Below are positions 51,901-62,925 of a stretch of 64,000 bases of DNA, piece by piece. The notes beneath the pieces are model-generated. The model ran no database searches. It worked only from the letters and a program-made list of their open reading frames with translations, and had not been told where the DNA came from. The position numbers and the translations under genes are program-made. The stretch is from the NCBI GenBank assembly GCA_024679065.1, contig JAGIQG010000014.1, forward strand, positions 49,724,001 to 49,788,000. Direction: 5' to 3'. Origin of the DNA: Sphyrna mokarran. Taxonomy: Eukaryota. Position 1 is the stretch's first letter, and every line of letters begins with the position of its first letter.

Positions 51901-52150
51901 TGGAGAGAGATTGATGTGAGTTTGCTGGGGAGGGTGATGTGAGTGTGCTGGAGATAGGGTGATGTGAGTGTGCTGGGGAGAGGGCGATGTGAGTGTGCTG
52001 GGGAGAGGGCGATGTGAGTGTGCTGGAGAGGGTGATGTGAGTGTGTTGGGGAGAGGGTGATGTGAGTGTGCTGGAGAGAGGTTGATGTGACTTTGCTGGA
52101 GAGAGTGTGATGTGAGTTTGCTGGTGAGAGGGTGATGTGATTGTGCTGGA
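48945..52150. repeat. 25-bp minisatellite (gtgatgtgagtgtgttggagagagg)n, ~3.2 kb
   Basis: Read directly; variant units ctggg, ttcgg, gcga; strong G-over-C strand skew. Confidence 0.98.
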
Positions 52151-53189
52151 TTCGCAGTTACAATATGGAGCCCAGGCTTTCAAACATAATTGCTGAGGTT
52201 GTCGCATGAGTTCATTTCCAACCCTCCAGATGATTTGCGGAGAGCCTTTCTTGTCCATAATTAATAAGGATCCAAGCGCAGAACCGGGAGTGAATTCCAG
52301 GCCAGTGGGAACATGCCACTGGAGCCGCCAAACACTGCACTTAGGATAAAAAATGGACAATCACATCCCCTGATGTCAGTGTTCCACCTGATGTGAACAC
52401 ATGTCTGTGAAGTGATCACCAGAGTGTGAGTCTGAGCCTAACCCGGATATATCACCTGCTGAGGTGTGAATTTCGGGGTGCTGGAGGGTGCAGGTGAATG
52501 CTGTGATGACTCTACAGGCATGAAGAAATCCTCATTTTTATTGCAGCTGTCCTGGGCGCTGGGTGTTCTGGAATGGAAGCAGGCTTTCCGCCTCTTCCTA
52601 CTGGCACCTGGAATGGAGAGGATAGAGAATGAGTGAAACTGGCTTTTACATTCCTCACAGTATCACTCTCTGGTTCCAGTTTCCAAGGGTTAAGAATTCT
52701 TTCTTGCTGAATGCTTGGGGGGAGCGACCTTATCCTCAGCACAGGTACAGTCATAATCCTTTCTCTGCCAGCTCAGCTCCTCAAATTATTTAAGGGGCTG
52801 ATCTCGGCACGACCTCTCTTATTTCCCCCTCTCTCACCTGTTGTACATAGTTTTCTAAGGATAGACAGACGTACAGTGAGCATTTCTCATGTCAATGCAC
52901 CTGGCGCTAATGTGTGACTTCCTGACTCTCCAAAGCCTGCCCAACATGTATAAGGAATTTGAGTGAATGCTGCCCACTTGTCGGGATGAGTGTGGTACCA
53001 AGAACACATAGGAAGCTGGGACAAAGCATGCCACTTAATAGAACATAGAACATAGAACATAGAACATTACAGCGCAGTACAGGCCCTTCGGCCCTCGATA
53101 TTGCGCCGGCCAGTGGACCCTCTAACCTAAACTATTCCAATATCATCCATATGCCTATCCACCAACCATTTGAATGCCCCCAAAGTAGG

Positions 53190-56049
53190 CTAGTCCACAA
53201 CTGCTGCAGGCAGGGCATTCCACGCCCTCACCACCCTCTGTATAAAGAACCTGCCTCTGACATCCGTCCTATAACTACCACCTCTTAATTTAAAGTTATG
53301 TCCCCTCGTGTTGGTCATCACCATCCGAGAAAAAAGGCTCTCACTATCCACCCTATCCAATCCCTTGATCATCTTATACGCCTCAATTAGGTCACCGCGT
53401 AACCTTCTTCTCTCTAATGAAAATAACCTCAGGTCCTCAGCCTTTCCTCATAAGGCCTTCCCACCATACCAGGCAACATCCTGGTAAACCTCCTCTGCAC
53501 CCTTTCCAATGCTTCCACATCTTTTTTATAATGCAGCGACCAGAACTGTACGCAATACTCCAAGTGCAGCCGCACCAGAGTTTTGTACAGTTGTAACATA
53601 ACCTCACAGCTCCTAAATTCAATCCCTCTACCAATAAAAGCTAACACACCCTACGCCTTCTTAAACAACTTTATCAACCTGGGTGCCAACTTTCAAAGAG
53701 CTATGTACTTGTACCCCAAGATCCCTCTACTCGACAACACTATTAAGGGTCCTTCCATTAGCCCTATATTTCATATGCCTGTTATTCCTACCAAAGTGAA
53801 TCACCTCAAACTTATCCGTATTGAATTCCATTTGCCACCTCACGGCCCAGCTCTGCAACCTATCTATGTCCCTCTGCAAACTGTAACATCCATCCTCGCT
53901 GTCTACAACTCCCCACACTTTGGTATCGTCAGCAAATTTACTAATCCAACCCTCTACACCCTCATCTAGGTCATTTATAAAAATGACAAACAGCAGTGGC
54001 CCCAAAACAGATCCTTGAGGTACACCACTTGTAACTGCAATCCAGGTTGAATATTTCCCATCAACCACCACCCTCTGTCTTCTATCAGCTAGCCAATTCC
54101 TAATCAAAACTGCTAAATCACCTTCAATCCCATGCATCTGCACTTTCTGCAGTAGCCTACCATGGGGAACCTTATCAAACGCTTTGCTAAAATCCATATA
54201 CACTACATCAACTGTCTTACCCTTATCTACCTCTTTGGTCACCTCCTCAAAAAACTCAATAAGGTTTGTGAGGCACGACCTACCCTTCACAAAACCGTGC
54301 TGACTATCCCTAATCAATTTATTTCTCTCTAGATGCTTATAAATCCTATCCTTATAATTCTTTCCAAGACTTTGCCCACAACAGAAGTCAGGCTCACCGG
54401 TCTATAATTTCCAGGATGGTCCCTACTCCCCTTTTTTGAACAAAGGGACAACATTTGCCATCCTCCAGTCTTCCGGCACTATACCTGTAGCCAACGACGA
54501 CATGAAGATCAAAGCCAAAGGCTCTGCAATCTCCGCTCTAGCCTCCCAGAGAATCCTAGGGTAAATCCCATCTGGCCCAGGGGACTTATCAATTTTCATA
54601 CCCTCAAGATTCGCTAACACCTCCTCCTTATGAACCTCAATCCTGCCCAATCTACAACCTGGTATCGCAGTATTCTCCCCGACAACATTGTCTTTCTCCT
54701 ACGTGAATACTGACAAAAAATACTCATTCAGTGTCTCTCCTATCTCCTCAGGCTCCACGCACAACTTCCCACTGCTATATCTGACTGGCCCTAATCTTGC
54801 CCTAACCAATCTTTTATTATTTATATACCTGTAAAAAGCTTTAGGATTCTCCTTAATCCTATCCGCCAAAGTCTTCTCATGTCCTCCTCTAGCTCTTCTC
54901 AACTCCCTCTTTAGCTCCTTCCTGGCTAATTTATAGCTCTCCAGTGCCCTAACTGAGCCTTCACGTCTCATCATTATTTAAGCCTCCTTCTTTCTCTTCA
55001 CCAGAGATTCAACTTCCCTAGTACACCATGGTTCCCTCACTCGACCACTTCCTCCCTGCCTGGCAGGTACATATTTATTACGGACATGCAGAAGCTGTCC
55101 CTTAAATATGGTCCACATTTCAGATGTCCCCAGCCCCTGCAATATCCTGCTCCACCCTATGCATCCTAAATCTCTCCTAATAGCCGCATAATTACCTTTC
55201 CCCCAGCTATAACTACTGTTATTCGGTACGTGCCCATCCCTTTCCATCACTAAGGTAAACGTAACCGAATTGTGGTCACTATCACCAAAGTGCTCACCCA
55301 CCTCCAAGTCTAACACCTGGTCTGGTTCATTACCCAGTACCAAATCCAATATAGCTTCACCTCTTGTTGGCCTATCTACATACTGAGTCATGAAACCTTC
55401 CTGCACACATTGAACAAAAACTGACCCCTCTAACGTACTTGAACTATAGCTTTTCCAATCAATATTAGAAAAGTTAAAGTCCCCCATTACAACTACCCTG
55501 TTACTTTCACAAGAGTGTTGAAAGCTCGCAATTTTACTATCAAATAAATCGGTTGGATTTAAAATTGGTGTTGCTAAATTCTTACTGAGCACTTTCACAC
55601 CTATCCAGGATCAACTTTGCAATCCCTTCCTCCACTTCTCTGGAACTTTTTGGAGGCCTATAAAAAACTCCCAACAGTGTGACCTCTCCTTTCTTGTTTC
55701 TAATCTCAGCCCACACTACTTCAGCAGACAAGTCCACATCAAACGTCTTTTCTGCCACCGTAATGCTGTCCTTAACTAACAATGCCACACCTCCCCCTCT
55801 TCTACCACCACCTCTGCTCTGACTGAAACATCTGAACCCCAGAACCTGCAACAACCATTCCTGCCCCTGCTCTATCCACATCTCTGAAATGGCCACAACA
55901 TCGAAGCCCCAAGCACCAATCCAGGCTGCAAGTACATCCACCTTATTGCGTATGCTCCTCACATTAAAGTGTACACAGTTCAAACCACCCTCCCGTTTGC
56001 CACTACATCGCTGTGACCTAGAAACCTTATCCGTGACCTCCCTATTCAC
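53190..56049 (-). pseudogene. CR1 ORF2 (APE endonuclease + reverse transcriptase), frameshifted
   Basis: [70 protein letters not shown] across ORFs 55582, 54978, 54699, 54423, 53727, 53429 and 53190. Confidence 0.95.
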
Positions 56050-56099
56050 ATCCTCCTGTATACTGGCACAACAATTCAGGTTCCCATCCCTCCCCTGAA

Positions 56100-56476
56100 T
56101 CAGTTTAAACCCCCCCGAATAGCACTGGCAAATTTACCCTCCAAGATATTGGTACCTCTCCGGTTCAGGTGCAGACTATCCCTCTTGTCGAGGTCCCACC
56201 TTCCCCAGAATGATCCCCAATTGTCCAAATATCTGAACCCTTCCCTCCTGCACGATCCCTTTAGCCACGAGTTCAAATGTTCTCTCTCCCTATTCTTTTC
56301 TATGCTATCCCGTGGCACAGGTAACAAACCAGAGATAACCACTCCATTTGTTTTAGCCCTAAGTTTCCACCCTAACTCTCTGAATTTCTGCTTTATATCC
56401 CCATCCCTTTTCCTACCTATGTCATGGGTACCTACATGCACCCAACTTGGGGCTGGTTCCCCTCCCCCTTAAGGAA
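56100..56476 (-). pseudogene. CR1 ORF1 C-terminal SGNH/GDSL esterase domain
   Basis: HVGTHDIG...VVISGLLPVPR...LNSWLK...DSLHLNRRG; SGNH blocks III and V, as in CR1 ORF1p. Confidence 0.9.
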
Positions 56477-56904
56477 TGGGAATTGACATTCCCAATCAGC
56501 ACATTTAACATTCAGTCCCTCCACCACCGACCCATAGTGGCAGTTGTATGAAAGATGCACTCTATTAGTCTGTGAGGCTGTAATGACAAACTCTTCCAGT
56601 CCCTCAAGCTCTAGTGGCTAGAAGAACAAGGGCAACAGAGGCATGGGATCAGCAACATCAGCAAATTTTCCTCTACTCCAATCCCTTTCTGCCATCACCC
56701 CCCTCTCCACAACATTGACAATGCCTTCAGTGTGGTTGCGTCAGCAATTTACCAACTGGATTGCAGTGAGACAATGAGACAGACCTGTCAGCAACTTCTG
56801 AAGGGTTTTTAGGGATGGGCAACACAGATCATGACTTTGCCATTGACGTCCAGATCCCATGCAAGATTCAGACCAATGATGAAGTAAATGTACAGAGTTG
56901 AAAG

Positions 56905-57125
56905 TTCACTTACTCTCATTCATTCATTTCCTGCATGGCAGGATGCTCCTCCTCTATATCCCTCTGGTACTCATCACCAGTGTCACCTCCTCTCTGGCTG
57001 GTGAGTTGGGTGGTTCTCCTATTCTCATCCCTGGGAAAGAGGATGTCCCTCTTGTCCTCCCTTGCTTCAAGGAGAATCTCCAGGGAGGCATCGCTGAAGC
57101 CTCATGACACTTCCCGGAATCCATG
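56905..57125 (-). pseudogene. Harbinger Myb/SANT-like ORF relic
   Basis: Minus strand FSDASLEILLEAREDKRDILFPRDENRR...EEVTLVMSTRGI*RRSILPCRK*MNE. Confidence 0.75.
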
Positions 57126-57224
57126 GTCAGTGGTATAACTACATTTCAATGAGATTGATAGTTTAAATAATGCCCTCAGATCTTGTTGTTTAAATTAGTG
57201 TGATAACTTCCTGCAACAGAATTC

Positions 57225-57350
57225 AGAAAGAATAAACATTTCAAGTCTAGATGACCCTTGATCAGAGCTGAGAGCAAAGAGAATCAGCAGAGATTTATAC
57301 TATGACGATGATGGGCAGTGGTGGAATGGGACAAAAGGAATGTAAAGGAA
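57225..57350 (-). mobile_element. Penelope-like fragment, host of the 57352 CR1
   Basis: Minus strand ctctgatcaagggtcatctagacttgaaatg; probably resumes after 58522. Confidence 0.55.
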
Positions 57351-57351
57351 T

Positions 57352-58522
57352 GTAAGGGTAGGTCATGCCTTACTAACCTCATTGAGTTTTTTGAGAAAGT
57401 GACCAGAGAGGTGGATGGGGGTAAGGCGGTTGATGTAGTATATATGGACTTTAGTAAGGCTTTTGATAAGGTGGCCCATGGAAGACTTCTACAGAAAATG
57501 CAGATGTGTGGAATAGAGGGTGATTTAGCAAATTGGATTAGAAATTGGCTGGCAGATAGAAGACAGAGGGTGGGGTTGATGGGAGATATTCATCGTGGAG
57601 TTCGGTGACGAGTGGTGTGCCTCAGGGGTCTGTTTTGGGGCCCCTGCTGTTTGTAATTTTTATAAATGATCTGGATGAGGGTATTGAGGGATGGATCAGT
57701 AAATTTGCAGATGATACTAAAGTTGGTGGTGTGGGAGATAGTGAAGAGGGGGGTTTTAGTTTACAGAGTGACTTGGACAAGTTGCAGAGCTGGGCCGAGA
57801 GGTGGCAAATGGAGTTAATGTGGAAAAGTGTGAGGTAATGCACTTTGGCAGGAACAATAAATGTGTAGAGTATAGGGCTAATGGTAGGGCTCTTAATAGT
57901 GTTGAGGAACAGAAGGATCTGGGTGTATGTGTCAATAGATCCATGAAAGTAGGCAGTCAAGTGGATAAAGTTGTTAAGAAGGCTTATGGAGTCTTAGCTT
58001 TTATTGGTAGGGGGATTGAATTTAGGAGCCGCAGCATAATGTTGCAGCTGTACAAAACTCTAGGGCGGCCGCACTTGGAGTATGGAGGGCAGGTCCTATG
58101 AAGAGAGGTTGAAGGATTTGAGGTTGTTTTCGTTAGAAAGGAGGCGGCTAAGGGGGGATCTTATTGAAACATATAAGATAATTAGAGGTTTGGATAGGGT
58201 GGACAGTGATAGCCTTTTTCCTAGGATGGAGAAAGCTAGCACGAGGGGACACAACTTTAAATTAAGGGGTATGAGTTATAGGACGGATATCAGAGGTAGG
58301 TTCTTTACTCAAAGAGTGATTAGGGAGTGGAATGCCCTGCCTGCAGCTGTTGTAGATGCGCCAAGTTTGGTGGCGTTTAAGAGGTTAGTTGATAAGTATA
58401 TGGAAGAGAAGGGAATGGTTTAGTTAGGAGGGGCATTGCTTTTTATTTTGGTCGGCACAACATCGAAGGCCGAAGGGCCTGTTCTGTGCTGTATTGTTCT
58501 ATGTTCTATGTTCTATGTTCTA
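57352..58522 (+). mobile_element. Young CR1 LINE, 5'-truncated, with internal ~89-bp deletion
   Basis: [42 protein letters not shown]; tail (tgttcta)n. Confidence 0.96.
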
Positions 58523-58699
58523 AATGAGTGCATAAAAGGCTGAGAAGGTGCTAAAAAGTATAGATAAATAGAAATTCTGTTGGAGAGAAAAGCAGTACTT
58601 CTTCAGGGAAGGCATTCCTAGAAGAGAAGTGGCAGCGATTTAAACTACTAAGATAAAAGCAAACATCCTGCCTGGCAGTAATTTGCTACAAGAGGAATA

Positions 58700-58870
58700 T
58701 GTTTGTTCTGCAATAGGGAACACATGGAACATCCACTTGACAAAGACCTTCAGGAGGACAATGAAGAGGATATTGGTGAGATAGAACTGAGTGCAGAGGA
58801 AACAAGAAAGCTGTAGCAGTTTTTTGCCTGCAGAAACTTGGCAGGAACTCAATGAGCAACGCTTCAGCTG
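58700..58870 (+). pseudogene. Possible Harbinger transposase C-terminus relic
   Basis: Acidic stretch EHPLDKDLQEDNEEDIGEIE followed by RQELNEQRFS*, similar to HARBI1-like C-termini. Confidence 0.4.
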
Positions 58871-59244
58871 AGCAATTCCTGCTCCCCGCACTAACAATCA
58901 TGTCTGACACTTCTCCCTGAATCCGCCCAAATACCAGAATTGATATTCATGTCAACTAACATTGCAGGTCAACAGATGCTTCAGGAATATTCTTCGCACA
59001 CAAGGATTTAGGAAAGATTATAACTATCTTGACTGATAATAATTCCTAACACTAATTATCACCCTGGTGAGAAGTGCTGGTGCCTGTTTTGCCTACGCTA
59101 ATTGTCCTGTAAGTTCTCATCCCCCACAGGCAGCAACTTTGGAGGGGAAGCATTCTACTTAGGAAGGTGTATGATCAACCACAGGTATAACACCTTTAAT
59201 ATATAAAAAAAAATCCCAAGCTGCTTTAGTGGAGCTTAAAACAA

Positions 59245-59950
59245 GAAACAGATTCAAAAGGCATTTGTGCAGAGGGAGTCCTTGTGCATGAGTCCCAGAA
59301 AGTGGGTAGATAGGTACCAAATGCTATAGGGAAGACAATTGAAATTTTGATATTTATTGCAAAGGGTCTAGAGCATGAAAATAAGGCATTGCTGAGACCA
59401 CACTTGGAATATTGCGTTCAGTTTTGGTCACTATCTTTGGGAAAGGATGTTGTGGCATTGGAGATGATTCAAAAATGGTTCACTGGACTGATTTGAGGTT
59501 TGAAGGGGCTGTTGTAAGAGGAGCAGCTGAGTAGCTTGGGCTTATACTCGCTAGAGTACAGAAGAATAAGGGGGGATTTGATTGAGATATATAAAATACT
59601 CAATGGGATTGATAAAGTAAATTTTACTCCTCCTACAACAGTCTAGGACAAGAAGTTACAGTTGTTGAGTAAGAGGGGGGTTGTTTAAGACAGATATAAG
59701 AAGAAGCTACTTCTCACAGAGAGTTGTGAATCAGTAGAACTCACTGCCCCAGAGTGCAGTAGATATAGAATCAATCAATGGGTTCAAGAAAGAGATGGAT
59801 AAATATTTGATCAAAAGCAGGATAAAGGGCTATGGGAAAAAGGCAGGGGAGTGGAGTTAGGATGAAATAAGATCAGCCATGATCTTATATAATGGTGGGA
59901 CGGCCTCGAATGACTGAATTGCCTACTCTCGCTCCTAATTCCTATGTTCC
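59245..59950 (+). mobile_element. Older CR1 3' fragment
   Basis: gagaccacacttggaatattgcgttcagttttggtc...ttctcacagagagttgtgaa...ctcctaattcctatgttcc. Confidence 0.85.
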
Positions 59951-60277
59951 TCTTGAAAATGGATGCCATGCCAAAGGAGAGTTTAGAAAGGATAGTCATA
60001 GAAGTAGGTTTATGGAAGATCTTAAAGTGGGAGGATCTTTCAGAAAGTATATCCCAAATATAACAATTCACCATATCTCAAAGGGTGATGGTAGCTAACT
60101 CAATAGTAATCTTCAAATGGGAATGGAAAGGAAAGGATTTTACAGGGTAAAGGAGAAAGACCAGGAGAGTGGGATTAATTAGATTGCTGGACGGAAGAGC
60201 TGTAATGGATTGAATGATCTTTTGTACTGTATCATTCTATGACAACATCCAATGATCGTAACTACTATAATGAGGAA

Positions 60278-60645
60278 CTAAATACAAAAAGGTCTAGATG
60301 GCGTGAATGTGAAGAAGATGTTTCCATTGGTAGGAGACAATAAGCTCCGAGGGCACAGCCTCAGAGTAAAAGGATGACCCTTTGAGGCAGAGATGAGGAG
60401 GAATTTCTTCAGCCAGAGGGTGTTGAATCTATGGAATTCATTGCCACAGAAGGCTGTGGAGGCCAGGTGATTAAGTGTATTTAAGACAGCGATAGATAGG
60501 TTCTTGATTGTTATGGGGATCAAAGGTTATGGGAAAAAGGCAGGAGAATGGGGTTGAGAAACTTATCAGGCATGATTGAATGGTGGAGCTGATTCAAAGG
60601 GTCAAATGGCCTAATTCTGTTTCTATATCTTTAGGTTTTATGGTC
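60278..60645 (+). mobile_element. CR1 3' fragment
   Basis: gggcacagcctcagagtaaaagg...gaggaggaatttcttcagccagaggg; tail ttatggtc. Confidence 0.88.
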
Positions 60646-61269
60646 TAAATAATCTCCAAATGTACTTTTTTTCTCAGCTTATAAGAGCATCTTGGTTCTA
60701 CCACGAGCATGGAAAGATTATTAAAGTAATCCAACGTGTCATCTGTGACACATGGAATGAAATAATTTGGCTGTGAGGCTAGGATTTATATGGAAAGTTT
60801 ATGAAGGGGATTGTTTGCCTTGAGAAAGAAGAATCATCATTACGAGCCTGTAGTGTCATAATTAAGGTTACAGATGTGATCCTGAAAAGTTCTTGTTAAA
60901 ACGCAAGACTGTTCTGTCTAACCACATATCACCATGACAACAAGGACTGAAAACGAGAACAACGGCCTAGATTTTCTTCCATCTGGAGTCAACGGGTGAA
61001 GATCTAACCCTCACACATTTAACCAACAGCACCTTTTATGTGTGTGTTTTGTGCGACTGTCCAAGAGAAAAAAACATGATAGGGAACAAATGTTTAAGAT
61101 TAATGGATTTACCAAAAGTGCAACTCTTCATGCAAAAATGTTAAAGGACAGGAAATCTAAAACTAAAAACTAGTCCACTCTACTGATCATGTCTACTAAA
61201 ATTAGTGTATTCAGAATGACGAACGTACATGTACAAAAAGTCCGCAGCATCTATGTACAAATGACATGT

Positions 61270-61575
61270 TTAAAGTTTATTTACTTGTGCCACAAGTAGG
61301 CTTAATCAAATCTGCAATAAAGTTACTGTGAAAATCTCCTAGTCACCATAGTCTGGCGCCTGTTCAGGTACACTGAGGGAGAATTTAGCATGGCCAATGC
61401 ACCTAACCAGCACATCTTTCAAACTAAGAGGAAACTGGAGCATCCAGAGGAAATCCACACAGACACAGGAACAACATGGAGCTTCCACACAGACAGTGAT
61501 CCAAGTCGGGAATCAAATCCAGGTCCCTAGCACTGTGAGGCCACAATGCTAACCATTGTGCCACCATGCCGCCCC
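61270..61575 (-). mobile_element. Full-length V-SINE, tail type A
   Basis: aaagtttatttacttgtgccacaagtaggctta...gctaaccattgtgccaccatgccgccc. Confidence 0.9.
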
Positions 61576-61649
61576 ATAATCTTAAGTGCAATTATTAAAG
61601 TAAAACAGAGCAGGAAATGCAATATTCTCCAACAGATATGTTTTTTTAA

Positions 61650-62220
61650 ATTCATTCATTGGATGTGGCTGTTGCTGGCTAGATCACCATTTATTACCCA
61701 TTCTTAATTGTCTTTGAGAAAGTGGTAGTGAGCTATAGGTACACCCAGAGTGTTGTTAGAGAGGGGCTTCCAGGATTTTGACCCAGCCAAGGAAACATAG
61801 AAACCGAGAAGACAGGAGCAGGAGGAGGCCATTTAGCCCTGTGAGCCTGCTCCGCCATTCATTCAACTCAATAGCCTAATCCTACTTTCTCCCCATAACC
61901 TTTGATGCCATTTGCCCCAAGTGCTATATCCAGCCACTTCTTGAACAAATCTTCAATGTTTTGGCATCAACTACTTCTTGTGGTAATGAGTTCCACAGGT
62001 TCACCACTCTTTGAGTGAAGAAATATCTCCTCACCTTCGTCCTAAATGGTCTACCCTGAATCCTCAAACTGTGACCCCTGGTTCTGGACTCTCCCACCAA
62101 CAGGAACATCCTCCCTGCATCTACCCTGTCTAGTCCTGTTAGAATTTTAAAAGGAACCGTGATATATTTTTGAGTCAGGATGGTGGGTAACTAGGAGATG
62201 AACTTGCATGCGCTGGCATG
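61650..62220 (-). mobile_element. LINE 3' end with nested CR1 3' fragment (~61792-62150)
   Basis: ttccaggattttgacccagc resumes as aaggaaccgtgatatatttt after a CR1 piece encoding TRGHSLRIQGRPFRTKVRRYFFTQRVVNLW. Confidence 0.8.
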
Positions 62221-62399
62221 ATGGTCACTCCTATTATGAACAGATGAGTCTGCGACAATTGGATTGATGAGGATAAGATCAGGTGGGTTTTTATTTAACA
62301 ATGTCATGAACTGTTTTACAGGCAATTGCTTTTGGAATTATGGATATTGTTGTTTGATAAGGAAACACAGTAGCTAAATTATACACAGAGTCATAAGAT

Positions 62400-62640
62400 G
62401 AATAATCAGTCAATCTGTTGGTCAGAATATCAATGAACTTCCTGTTCATCAAAAAAGTGCAAAGATATTTATTTTCACAAATAACTGATGCCCCAGTTTA
62501 ACATTTCAACTGAAAAGTAATTCAGTACTTTCTCAGAACTGCACTGATGTGTCAAGCTAGATTATGTGTTCAGCCGGTGCACTGGGGACTGAAATTAAAA
62601 TTCTCTCGCTTAGGAGTGTTACCCACAAGCTAGGCTGACA
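62400..62640 (-). mobile_element. Decayed Deu-domain SINE
   Basis: agtactttctcagaactgcactg...gtcaagctagattatgtgttca is the reverse complement of the 24605 SINE 5' region. Confidence 0.55.
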
Positions 62641-62790
62641 TGTTCCAGAATGGTCTTTACTCTGATCCATGCTTCATTGTGTCTTGCTTTCTGCAGCAGT
62701 ATGAGGGCGCTTCTGTGACAGACGAAGCAATATCAGCCGTACGCTTTGGTCTTCAGAAATCATCCTTCTACTTAGTCATGTTCACTAAAG

Positions 62791-62925
62791 NNNNNNNNNN
62801 NNNNNNNNNNNNNNNNNNNNNNNNNNNNNNNNNNNNNNNNNNNNNNNNNNNNNNNNNNNNNNNNNNNNNNNNNNNNNNNNNNNNNNNNNNNNNNNNNNNN
62901 NNNNNNNNNNNNNNNNNNNNNNNNN
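62791..62925. other. Sequence gap, 135 N
   Basis: Run of 135 n. Confidence 1.

Larger units (their letters stand above)
53039..56476 (-). mobile_element. Young CR1 LINE, 5'-truncated (~3.4 kb)
   Basis: ORF1 end plus ORF2 (APE and RT) in order; 3' tail (tgttcta)n. Confidence 0.97.
52905..56870 (+). mobile_element. Old CR1/L2-group LINE 3' fragment split by the young CR1 (pieces ~52905-53038 and ~56480-56870)
   Basis: cctgactctccaaagcctg...ggacaaagc resumes as attgac...aacattcagtccctccaccaccga...agaacaagggca...agggatgggcaa. Confidence 0.7.

Noticed and set aside
48945-52150. CRISPR-like or telomeric array
   Set aside because: Contiguous tandem units with no unique spacers, no cas genes and no TTAGGG.
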